Assembly (NCBI GenBank): GCA_018812245.1 | Contig: JAHJDW010000032.1 | Span: 1,095-65,094, forward strand | Source of the DNA: Bacteroidota bacterium | Lineage (GTDB): Bacteria; Bacteroidota; Bacteroidia; Bacteroidales; JAHJDW01 | DNA length: 64,000 bases | Reading direction: 5' to 3' | Part shown: in pieces, positions 8,397-17,089 of the stretch | Position numbering within the stretch: the first letter of the stretch is position 1 | Layout: every line of letters begins with the position of its first letter | Program-made: the position numbers and the translations under genes | Notes under the pieces: generated by a model | What the model was told of the DNA's origin: nothing | What the model saw: only the letters and a program-made list of their open reading frames with translations | Database searches by the model: none

Positions 8397-11309
8397 ATGA
8401 TAAAATCACTGAAATCACTACTGGCAATCTTCGTCGCCATTCTTGTGACTACGGGAAGTTTTGCCCAGAAGCAATACAAATACCAGAGCGTTCCGGGCGA
8501 TCCGATGAATGCGCGAATTTACACACTCGATAACGGACTGAAGGTTTATCTGACCGTTTACAAAGATGAACCCCGCATTCAGACCTTCGTGGCTGTTGCA
8601 GCAGGAAGCAAAAACGACCCTGCCGACGCAAAAGGTCTGGCTCACTACTTTGAACACATGATGTTCAAAGGCACACCCAGCTTTGGAACCAACGACTGGT
8701 CAAAAGAAAAGCCGCTGATTGCCAGTATAGACAGCACTTTTGAAGTATATCGAAAAATTTCTGATGACAATGATAAGAAACAGGTTTATCACATCATTGA
8801 TTCGCTTTCTTTTGAGGCATCTAAGTACGCAATCCCTAATGAATACGACAAACTCATGAGCATTATCGGCGCCAGTGGCACTAATGCTTATACCAGTCTG
8901 GAACAAACCGTTTTTATTGAAGACATTCCATCGAATCAACTGGAGAACTGGGCGAAAATAGAGTCTGATCGTTTTATGAATCCCGTTCTTCGTCTTTTCC
9001 ACACAGAACTTGAAACGATTTACGAAGAATACAATATGGGAAAGGCAAATGATGATCAGAAAATGTATCATACGTTGCTGGAAACTCTTTTCCAAAAACA
9101 CACTTATGGCGTTCCCACAATTGGTTATCCGGAAGACCTGAAAAACCCATCGATGAAGAGAATTCGTGAATTCCATTCTCAATACTATGTTCCTGGCAAT
9201 ATTGCCATTTGCATGTCAGGAGATCTTGACTTCGACAAAACGATTGCCCTGATTGACAAGTATTTTGGAGCTTTCCCCAGCAAGCCTGTACCACCATTCA
9301 CTTTTGAAAAGGAGGAGCCTATCACCTCGCCGATTGTTAAAGAAGTTATGGGAAATGATGCCGAACGCATTGCTCTGGCTTTCCGTTTTGGCGGAGCTGC
9401 AAGCAAAGATGCTGATATGATTACGATGATCGACATGATTATGAATAACAGTGCCGCTGGTCTGATGGATTTAAATCTTCTGCAAAAACAGACAGTGCTG
9501 GAAGCATACAGTTACTGCATGATTAACAAAGACTATAGTGCGCAGATTTTTGCTGGGAAACCAAAAGAAGGACAAACGCTGGAGCAATTAAAAGACCTGC
9601 TTCTTGAGCAACTTGACAAATTGAAAAAGGGTGAATTCGACGACTGGTTGATTCCTGCCATTATCAACGACATGAAACTGCGCAAGATGAAGAGTCTTGA
9701 GAAAAACAGCTCCCGCGCACGTCAGTTTGTTGAATCATTTGTTCTTGGTGTTGACTGGAAAGACTACATCAACGAAATTCACGATCTGGAAAAAATCACA
9801 AAGGAAGATGTTGTGAAATTTGCCAATGAACATTTTAAAGACAACAATTACGTAGTTGTTTATAAGCGGGTTGGCAAAGACGAAAGCATCAAAAAGATTA
9901 AGAAACAGAAAATTACGCCTGTTAAGGTTAACCGTGAAATGCAATCCGATTTCCTGAAAGGTATCGAAGATGCGAAAATTGATGAAATCGAACCCGTATT
10001 CCTTGATTTCGACAAAGACATACAGAAACTAAAGATTAAGAGCGATATTGAAGTACTCTATACGCCAAACATTGAAAACAAAACGTTTGAACTGTACTAC
10101 GTATATGAAATGGGTTCAAACCACGATAAACTATTACCACTGGCTATTGACTACCTCGAATACCTCGGAACTTCAAAATTCTCGCCCGAAGATGTTAAGA
10201 AAGAATTCTACAAACTTGGTACATCTTTCTCTGTCTTCAACAGCGACGATCAGGTTTACGTGAGTCTTTCCGGACTTTCTGAAAACATAGATAAATCGCT
10301 TGAACTGTTTGAAAGTCTTTTAAGCGATCCTCAACCCAATCCGGAAGCACTCACCAATATGGTTTCTGATGCCTTGAAAGAGCGTGCCGACAATAAGATG
10401 AACCCACAGGCAATTCTGGGATATCTCTTTGCCTATGGCATGTATGGTGAAATAAACCCCGGCACTTATGTTCTTTCTGAAAAGGAACTAAAAGCGCTAA
10501 AGCCCGAGGAACTGTTACCAAAAATCAAGGAACTGAACTCATATAAGCATACTATTCTATATTATGGAAGCCATAGCTCAGATGAAGTAATAGCAGCACT
10601 AAATAAGTACCACAATGCACCGGCTACACTAAAAGACCTGCCAGCAGAAAAGGATTTCCCAATGCTGCCTACCGACGAGAATAAAGTTTACTTTGCCCAA
10701 TACGATCAGAAGCAACTTCAGATCATTATGGTTACGCGTGGCGATCAGGGATTCGACAAGACACGGAAACCGATCATTCAGCTCTTTAACGAATATTTTG
10801 GCGGCGGAATGAACTCCATTGTTTTTCAGGAGCTCAGAGAAGCTCGCGGTTTGGCATACACTGCATTCAGCGGCTATTTTGAACCTCAAAAACTCAACAA
10901 ACGCTACTATGGATTGTCATTCATTATGGCACAACCCGATAAAATGAAGGATGCGATGGATGGATTTTTTGGTCTGATGAACGACATGCCAGAATCAGAA
11001 AAAGCATTTGGGTTGGGTAAGAAAGTGATCCTCCAACGACTCAGAACTGAACGCACAACCAAAAAATCAAAGCTATTTGCGTATCTCGGCGCCAAGAAAC
11101 TCGGACTTGATTATGATATCAGAAAAGATATTTACGCCGCTGTTCCAAATCTTACAATCGCTGATGTGAAAATTTTTGCAGATAAATACATCAAAAACAA
11201 AAAGCAAACGATCTGTATTATCGGGAACAAGGACGATGTTGACATGAAACTCCTGAAAGAATACGGAAAAATCAAGATGGTTGACCTGAAAACAATCTTT
11301 GGTTATTAG
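8397..11309 (+). CDS. large secreted M16-family (pitrilysin/insulinase-like) zinc peptidase
   Basis: The ATG at 8397 gives the signal peptide MIKSLKSLLAIFVAILVTTGSFAQ. The inverted zinc motif HxxEH is present as HYFEHMMFKGT. The tracked start at 8364 overlaps the end of dnaX. Confidence 0.85.
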   Translation: MIKSLKSLLAIFVAILVTTGSFAQKQYKYQSVPGDPMNARIYTLDNGLKVYLTVYKDEPRIQTFVAVAAGSKNDPADAKGLAHYFEHMMFKGTPSFGTNDWSKEKPLIASIDSTFEVYRKISDDNDKKQVYHIIDSLSFEASKYAIPNEYDKLMSIIGASGTNAYTSLEQTVFIEDIPSNQLENWAKIESDRFMNPVLRLFHTELETIYEEYNMGKANDDQKMYHTLLETLFQKHTYGVPTIGYPEDLKNPSMKRIREFHSQYYVPGNIAICMSGDLDFDKTIALIDKYFGAFPSKPVPPFTFEKEEPITSPIVKEVMGNDAERIALAFRFGGAASKDADMITMIDMIMNNSAAGLMDLNLLQKQTVLEAYSYCMINKDYSAQIFAGKPKEGQTLEQLKDLLLEQLDKLKKGEFDDWLIPAIINDMKLRKMKSLEKNSSRARQFVESFVLGVDWKDYINEIHDLEKITKEDVVKFANEHFKDNNYVVVYKRVGKDESIKKIKKQKITPVKVNREMQSDFLKGIEDAKIDEIEPVFLDFDKDIQKLKIKSDIEVLYTPNIENKTFELYYVYEMGSNHDKLLPLAIDYLEYLGTSKFSPEDVKKEFYKLGTSFSVFNSDDQVYVSLSGLSENIDKSLELFESLLSDPQPNPEALTNMVSDALKERADNKMNPQAILGYLFAYGMYGEINPGTYVLSEKELKALKPEELLPKIKELNSYKHTILYYGSHSSDEVIAALNKYHNAPATLKDLPAEKDFPMLPTDENKVYFAQYDQKQLQIIMVTRGDQGFDKTRKPIIQLFNEYFGGGMNSIVFQELREARGLAYTAFSGYFEPQKLNKRYYGLSFIMAQPDKMKDAMDGFFGLMNDMPESEKAFGLGKKVILQRLRTERTTKKSKLFAYLGAKKLGLDYDIRKDIYAAVPNLTIADVKIFADKYIKNKKQTICIIGNKDDVDMKLLKEYGKIKMVDLKTIFGY

Positions 11310-11330
11310 TCTGATATCATCCAAAAAGAT

Positions 11331-11370
11331 AGCCCGACAGATATAATAATCTGCCGGGCTCTTTTTTTTG
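11331..11370 (+). terminator. rho-independent terminator after the M16 peptidase gene
   Basis: AGCCCGACAG-loop-CTGCCGGGCT stem (9 of 10 pairs) followed by CTTTTTTTTG. Confidence 0.7.
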
Positions 11371-11385
11371 CCAAGTCCCCTACCG

Positions 11386-12888
11386 CTATTGAACAATCAG
11401 CTTTTTGCGTGAAATCACTGCTTGTTCATTATTTTCAATTACCACCAGATAGATTCCTGCACCAATATTGGCCAAAGCAACCGATTTACTATTTGTTTCA
11501 AGAATTTTGCTCCCATCAATTGAATACAGTGAAACAAATACATCCTCATCAAAACCTACAGAAAACACATCAGTAGCCGGATTAGGATATATTCTGCACT
11601 TTTCATCGGAAATCAAATGCAAAGTCTGTACATCAGTAATGTACGATTCAAAAGTAGCCGAAACATTGTCGAAGTACATATTAACATCATCACCATGCGT
11701 AAATAGTGCTGCCTGAAAATATGCTTCATCAAAAGCTACTATTGTATCGAACATTTCAACGCCCTGCCACCATATTGTTACATCTTTGTTCAACCCTGAA
11801 CCATCAATCTGTACCTTGCATGGGTAAACGTTCCCTGGAATTGCACTCACTGGCGTTTCAAACAAAATAGTGTAAATTTCAGTGTTGTAGTTTCCAGAAA
11901 CCAATTGCAGAGTTGTCCCTTCAATTATGTGGTATTCAAGCACATAACCATTTGCTTCAACAAATGCACAACCCGTTGCCTCTGCACCTGAGCTTCCCGC
12001 TTTAACATCTGCCTGCAGGGTGATATTGTTCACGGCACCAATAGGAAGAACCATTTCACATCCAGTTGCTTCGGTTGATGTATATTCAACGTGCATTTCC
12101 TGACTTACTATTTCAGGGGTGATTTCCCAGCCATTACTGAAGAAATTCCATCCACTGAAATACCCGGCTGAGAAATCATCATCAAATTGATTCGTTGTTA
12201 CCATTTTATCAAAATCCATGGTAACATTGTCAAAATGCATTTCGAAATTACTCCCCCAAGCCAGAAAGCCTACATTTCCATAAGTATCTGCAGCGCCAAG
12301 GGAATATAGTTGACCAGTATATTTCTGCACACCATCAAACCAGATGGTTACATCCTTTGTAGGAAACGTTCCCGATACTTCAATTTTCATGGTGTGCCAG
12401 CTCGTTCCGATATTCACTGATTCTGAATATTCAACCTGATATGTACTGTTAATAAAATCGCCTGAAATGAGTTGCAGAGAAGTACCATTGCTTGCAACAT
12501 GATACTCAAGGTACTTCCCCCCGGGTGTCCCTACCAGAATCCCAATGGCATTATCTCCTGATGCCGATATTCGTTTAACATCAACTTCGTAGGTGAAGTC
12601 ACCAACAGCACCAACCGGAGAAAACATTCCGAGTCCATTGTCTGTGATTCCGGGATAAACGACTGAAACTTCTCCATTTGAATATGTTGGAACAATATCC
12701 CAATCGGAACTCCATGGAAGACATCCTTCAGCGTTTCCATCATTGAAGTCTTCGGAATACGTATTGCTACGAATGTTATCCAGAGTTTGTGCATCTCTGG
12801 CTTCCTGAGAAAATACATTCATCACCGTGAAGCTCAGTATTGCAACAGGAAGAAGTAGCCAGCGGTAATCGTAAAATTTCTTTTTCAT
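11386..12888 (-). CDS. T9SS-secreted protein with two tandem concanavalin/LamG-like (DUF1080-like) modules
   Basis: Signal peptide MKKKFYDYRWLLLPVAILSFTVMNVFSQ. There is an internal duplication; each module ends in ...MHFDNVTMDF or ...MYFDNVSATF. The C-terminus matches the T9SS sorting domain: CRIYPNPATDVFSVGF...GIYLVVIENNEQAVISRKKLIVQ. Confidence 0.8.
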   Translation of the reverse strand: MKKKFYDYRWLLLPVAILSFTVMNVFSQEARDAQTLDNIRSNTYSEDFNDGNAEGCLPWSSDWDIVPTYSNGEVSVVYPGITDNGLGMFSPVGAVGDFTYEVDVKRISASGDNAIGILVGTPGGKYLEYHVASNGTSLQLISGDFINSTYQVEYSESVNIGTSWHTMKIEVSGTFPTKDVTIWFDGVQKYTGQLYSLGAADTYGNVGFLAWGSNFEMHFDNVTMDFDKMVTTNQFDDDFSAGYFSGWNFFSNGWEITPEIVSQEMHVEYTSTEATGCEMVLPIGAVNNITLQADVKAGSSGAEATGCAFVEANGYVLEYHIIEGTTLQLVSGNYNTEIYTILFETPVSAIPGNVYPCKVQIDGSGLNKDVTIWWQGVEMFDTIVAFDEAYFQAALFTHGDDVNMYFDNVSATFESYITDVQTLHLISDEKCRIYPNPATDVFSVGFDEDVFVSLYSIDGSKILETNSKSVALANIGAGIYLVVIENNEQAVISRKKLIVQ

Positions 12889-12936
12889 TTTCAGCGAATT
12901 TATAGTTAATAGGTTTGCAATTTAAGTTATCGCAAG

Positions 12937-12944
12937 CAAAACTA
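12937..12944 (-). promoter_or_regulatory. candidate -7 box (TAGTTTTG on the minus strand) for gene 11386-12888
   Basis: Plus-strand CAAAACTA is TAGTTTTG on the minus strand, matching TAnnTTTG about 49 nt upstream of the ATG at 12888. There is no good -33 TTTG at the expected spacing. Confidence 0.45.
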
Positions 12945-12976
12945 TACTGTAATCGCCACTGAAACAAGCACTTATT

Positions 12977-13006
12977 AATATTCGCGGTGAGTGATCGAAT
13001 ATTCGC
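12977..13006 (-). promoter_or_regulatory. candidate LytTR-type operator: two identical 9-bp direct repeats AATATTCGC separated by 12 bp
   Basis: AATATTCGC occurs at 12977-12985 and 12998-13006, 21 bp start to start. This is immediately downstream of the LytTR regulator gene and about 33-62 bp upstream of the candidate -7 box of the next gene. Confidence 0.55.
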
Positions 13007-13039
13007 AGGTAGAATTCTAATTTTCGTTTTTATATGACC

Positions 13040-13789
13040 TTAAATGCTACCCAGTATTTGGAGCAGACTGTCTTTTTTTCGCATCGAAACCGGAACCGTT
13101 GCACCATCTTTCATTACAATGAACCCACCATCACCCTTTTTATAATAGTCGATGAAATCCATATTGATCATGTGCGACTGATGGTTTCGGAAAAAGCGAT
13201 ATCCGGAGAGCATATCTTCAAACTCTTTGAGTGTCTTTGTAACCAGTAGTTTTTTCCCATTCACAAAAAACAACCTTGTGTAATTCTTATCGGCTTCGCA
13301 CCTGATAATATCCTTGACTTTTACAACGAAAATCTCTTTAACAGTTCTAAGAACAATTTTTTTGTTTTCTTTCGAGTCTGATTGAATATTGGCAAAATAT
13401 GTATCCAGCTTGATGTCAATATTCTCGAGACTGATATATTTTTCAGCTTTTTCAACAGCCTCTTCAAGGTCTTTGGGATCAACCGGTTTCAGAATATAAT
13501 CGAGGGCACTGAAGCGAAAAGCTTCTGCAGCGAATTCTTCATGGGCCGTTATGAAAATTACTTTAAAATTGACTGTCTGCAGTTTTCTCAACAAATCGAA
13601 TCCGGTTCCATCATGCATTTTCACATCCAGAAACACAATGTCAGGCTCAAATTCTCTAATGGCTTTGCAGCCTGATTCCACACTTTCGGCTTGTGTAACT
13701 ATCCTGATATCAGGACAATGAAGGTCAATAATAGCGGCAATTGTTTTTCTTGCGCGTTCTTCATCGTCAATAATTATCGCATTTAGCAT
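13040..13789 (-). CDS. LytR/AlgR-family response regulator (receiver plus LytTR DNA-binding domain)
   Basis: Receiver domain: MLNAIIIDDEERARK...DIVFLDVKMHDGTGFDLL...KVIFITAHEEF. LytTR domain: IVLRTVKEIFVVKVKDIIRCEADKNYTRLFFVNGKKLLVTKTLKEFEDML..FFRNHQSHMINMDFI. Confidence 0.9.
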   Translation of the reverse strand: MLNAIIIDDEERARKTIAAIIDLHCPDIRIVTQAESVESGCKAIREFEPDIVFLDVKMHDGTGFDLLRKLQTVNFKVIFITAHEEFAAEAFRFSALDYILKPVDPKDLEEAVEKAEKYISLENIDIKLDTYFANIQSDSKENKKIVLRTVKEIFVVKVKDIIRCEADKNYTRLFFVNGKKLLVTKTLKEFEDMLSGYRFFRNHQSHMINMDFIDYYKKGDGGFIVMKDGATVPVSMRKKDSLLQILGSI

Positions 13790-13808
13790 GATGTGTAGTT
13801 TTCGTTAG

Positions 13809-15686
13809 CTATTTCAAATACATTAATGGTAACTTAAAAACAACCTTTGTCCCGATGGGATTCAGCTTTTCGTCCTCCAGATCAATAATTTCGAAGCTTA
13901 TATTTTGCCATACTTTTTTCTTCATTCCGGCAAATCGTTCTTTCGTAATTTTGGTGGCAAGAGATTCATGATCAGAAGACCCCTCCTTCCCGATTTTTGC
14001 CGCATTTTTTCGCCCGATCCCATTGTCCTCAATTGAGAGAACAAGTATATGATTTTCCCGTGAAAAATTTATGTCAATAATTCCCTTATTATTTTTATGA
14101 AACAGACCGTGTTCCAATGCGTTTTCAATAAATGGCTGCGCCAGCATCGGAGGAATAGCAATATTGGTAGTGTCCAATTCCGGGTCAATATGCACCGAAT
14201 ACTCAAATTTATTCTCAAATCGAAGCTCCTGAATTTCAAGATAATAATTCAATGTTTTGATTTCCTGATCAAGTGAAATATACTCCTCCCGCGAATTATC
14301 CAGAATCAGGCGGATCAATTTTGCAAACCCCGATAAATAACTGCTGGCTTTTACAGCGTCTTTCTCATAAATATAACTTTGAATAGCAACCAACGAATTA
14401 AAAATAAAATGAGGATTCATCTGCAAACGCAAGGTGTGTTCTCTCGCAGACAACACTTTCTGCTGCGATCGCATATTACTTATTCTGTACAGTAAAAATC
14501 CGGAAACACCAACAACAACAAGGAACACAAATAGTATCACCAAAATCAGGCGGTTGTTTCTGATTTCTAATTCATGAATAATGTTTTGTTGCTCAAGTGC
14601 GCTGATCTTCTGTGCACTTTTTTCCGTTTCATATTTGGTTTGCAAATCAAGGAGCTGTCGGTGCTTCTCCGCATTAAATACGGAGTCATAAAATCCAATA
14701 TATAGGTCAAAATGCTTTCTGAAATTTTCATGATCCTCCATGGCTGCGTAATTCAGTACCATGTTCTCGTACACGGTGATAATCATTTTCGTGAGTTTTA
14801 ATGAAAGCGCAATACTTAATCCAGCCACAAAGCAAGTATCTGCATCAGAATACTGTTGCAGATTCATGTAAGTATTTCCAATGGCGTTTAATGAAACTGC
14901 AATTTCATGTCTGGCATTAAGCTTCTCTCTGATCTCCATCGCCTGATTGAAGTAATCAAGCGCTTTTTCATATTCCGCTATTGCATTGAAAACAACTCCC
15001 ATGTTATGCAATGATGTTGCGATTTTTATTTCATCGCCTTCCTTCTGCCTGATTTGCAATGAATGTCCGAAACAAACCAGCGCGCTATCATATTTCTCTG
15101 TATATCGATAAACAAGACCAATATTGTTTAATACATCAGCACGTTTAACTTCATTCCCAGTTCCTGAAAATATTTTCAACGCCTGATGAAAATATGACAA
15201 CGCTTTGGGATAGTCGTTCCAGGCCATATACAAAATTCCTATGCTGTTGGATGTCTGAGCCACACCTTCCTCATTGCCCATGCTTTCCTGAATATCCAAA
15301 GCCGATTGGAATTTCTCCAGAGCCTCTGCATAATTTCCTTGCTCACGTTGTATTATCGCAATTCTGTTAAGCAATTCCCCGATTTGGATCGAGTCGCTAA
15401 GCTTTTGATAGCAATCCAAAGATTGATGAAAATACTGCAAGGCATTATCAAAATCGCCGTTTGCATAATAATTATCAGCAGTATCATACGATGTCCTTGC
15501 GTTTGAAGCTAATGACCCATTTCCATTCTGGCAGGTTTCACATATTGCCAAATGTGGGGAAATAATGAGTACCAATAGTGCAAACCACAAAAATCGCGAA
15601 GAATGTAGTCGCCTGACAATCAAACCATTAAAATCAATTATTAAGATTTTTTGAAGATAATTGTATGCTTTGGCAATAGTTTGCAT
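13809..15686 (-). CDS. TPR-repeat sensor histidine kinase (LytS/YehU-type His_kinase plus HATPase)
   Basis: The N-terminal TPR array has repeated G.YAEALEKFQSAL-like units. It is followed by a coiled coil (LQTKYETEKSAQKISALEQQN), a TM helix (LILVILFVFLVVVGVSGFLLY), the LQMNPHFIFNSL H-box typical of LytS-type kinases, and PPMLAQPFIENALEHG...DNGIG. Confidence 0.85.
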   Translation of the reverse strand: MQTIAKAYNYLQKILIIDFNGLIVRRLHSSRFLWFALLVLIISPHLAICETCQNGNGSLASNARTSYDTADNYYANGDFDNALQYFHQSLDCYQKLSDSIQIGELLNRIAIIQREQGNYAEALEKFQSALDIQESMGNEEGVAQTSNSIGILYMAWNDYPKALSYFHQALKIFSGTGNEVKRADVLNNIGLVYRYTEKYDSALVCFGHSLQIRQKEGDEIKIATSLHNMGVVFNAIAEYEKALDYFNQAMEIREKLNARHEIAVSLNAIGNTYMNLQQYSDADTCFVAGLSIALSLKLTKMIITVYENMVLNYAAMEDHENFRKHFDLYIGFYDSVFNAEKHRQLLDLQTKYETEKSAQKISALEQQNIIHELEIRNNRLILVILFVFLVVVGVSGFLLYRISNMRSQQKVLSAREHTLRLQMNPHFIFNSLVAIQSYIYEKDAVKASSYLSGFAKLIRLILDNSREEYISLDQEIKTLNYYLEIQELRFENKFEYSVHIDPELDTTNIAIPPMLAQPFIENALEHGLFHKNNKGIIDINFSRENHILVLSIEDNGIGRKNAAKIGKEGSSDHESLATKITKERFAGMKKKVWQNISFEIIDLEDEKLNPIGTKVVFKLPLMYLK

Positions 15687-15822
15687 AAGCCCAAAGTTAA
15701 AGAGAAAAAATAATTACGGTTGATTTTTTTCTTTACTTTTTGCCTACTGTGAATTCGATTCAGATGCTTGATTCCTAACCTGCTAACCTCAGCAGGCCTG
15801 TTATGACCTTAAAATCGCCGGT

Positions 15823-16383
15823 TCACCGCTTATCAGGGAAATTATCATACGGCCTGCGACGACCACATGGATGCGGGCAACTGCCGCAATTGTGATTACA
15901 ACCACTGGTTTGAATAACTTTGGCCTTCCTGACGATCGAGAATGTGCCAACCGCCGACCATTCCGACCGCTTACGTTTTGCATTCACTGATTGGACACGC
16001 CAGAATGCCTGCCCGTATTCTTTGCCAAGCTTCACCGAAATCATTGTATCAGCAGTCTCATATTTATCATAGTCAACGAATGCATTGCCTGTCGAAATTT
16101 GGATTTCAAAACTGACATACTTGCCAGCACATGACCATTGCAAAACCAACGAGGGGTCGAAGAAAACATAGTCGTTAGCTGGTGACTTAAGAACAGGAAC
16201 TTGCGGAATAACTTCTCTTTCCGCATCCGATTTCGTGGTGTCTTTGTGGACAACAGCAAGAGAGGCATAAACCGGTTCGTGGGTGCCGGAAGCACAATTA
16301 CAAAACAAGAAAACCGCAAAAACCGACAAAACTGTCAGGCTTAATAATGCGGCTATTCGGGCAGGGGTAAAAATTCTATTCAT
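15823..16383 (-). CDS. hypothetical lipoprotein with a Cys/His-rich basic C-terminus
   Basis: Signal/lipobox-like N-terminus (ALLSLTVLSVFAVFLFCNC). The C-terminus is SGCNHNCGSCPHPCGRRRPYDNFPDKR (a CX3CX2CX3C pattern). Confidence 0.55.
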   Translation of the reverse strand: MNRIFTPARIAALLSLTVLSVFAVFLFCNCASGTHEPVYASLAVVHKDTTKSDAEREVIPQVPVLKSPANDYVFFDPSLVLQWSCAGKYVSFEIQISTGNAFVDYDKYETADTMISVKLGKEYGQAFWRVQSVNAKRKRSEWSAVGTFSIVRKAKVIQTSGCNHNCGSCPHPCGRRRPYDNFPDKR

Positions 16384-16458
16384 ATCGTGGTATTTTTCCT
16401 TTGCTTCATCAAAAACTCTGCCAGTATATTGTTAATGAGTGAATTACATTCGGTACTA

Positions 16459-17067
16459 TCATTTACATTTTGTTACCTCAGCTTCTGTATCTTCCTCCTC
16501 ACCAAACCAAACAACAGCAAAATTCTTGTACATACCAATACCAATGGCTTTCCATTTTACATCTTTCCAGATTCCTTTGTTTAGAATCACTTCGTTATGA
16601 GAAGTACTTCCCTTCCACCCTGTAAGTGCAAAATCCGGAGTTACTACATAGTATTCGTCGCCACCATGGCTGATTTCGTATCCATTACCCGGATAGGAAG
16701 TCATTTCGCGGGGTTTGTCCCACATGCACGAAGCTTTCTTGTGATCTGCCGAATAACAGCATGATGTCCAGTTGCCTTTATCTGACCAGGTGTGCATATT
16801 ACACCTGGATGAAAACTTAAAATATAATGATAGGTCTTCAGCATGTTTCTGCGCAACATAAGTCAGGCTGCGCGAAAGCGGAATTGCAGGAAGGCGTTTC
16901 TGTTTTCGGTATTCGTTAATCATTTGCCACAATTTGTATTCATCGGCTGAGAGGCAAATTGTGTCATTTTCAGCGCTGAGCACTGAGTAGGTTACTTCTG
17001 AATTGTCCTGCGCAAATGTGAAAAGCACCGAGAGCAAGGCAGCAAGAATCAGGATAAATCGCTTCAT
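16459..17067 (-). CDS. secreted CAP/SCP (PR-1-like, YkwD-like) domain protein
   Basis: The ATG at 17067 gives MKRFILILAALLSVLFTFAQ. CAP-like blocks are present: INEYRKQKRLPAIPLSRSLTYVAQKHAEDL and GWKGSTSHNEVILN...WKAIGIG. Confidence 0.7.
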   Translation of the reverse strand: MKRFILILAALLSVLFTFAQDNSEVTYSVLSAENDTICLSADEYKLWQMINEYRKQKRLPAIPLSRSLTYVAQKHAEDLSLYFKFSSRCNMHTWSDKGNWTSCCYSADHKKASCMWDKPREMTSYPGNGYEISHGGDEYYVVTPDFALTGWKGSTSHNEVILNKGIWKDVKWKAIGIGMYKNFAVVWFGEEEDTEAEVTKCK

Positions 17068-17089
17068 TGAGTTCACAATTAGTAACGTT

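Noticed and set aside
15776-15797. Hairpin CCTGCT-AACCTC-AGCAGG downstream of ORF 15823-16383 as a possible terminator.
   Set aside because: The stem is only 6 bp and no T-run follows on the minus strand, so it is not convincing.
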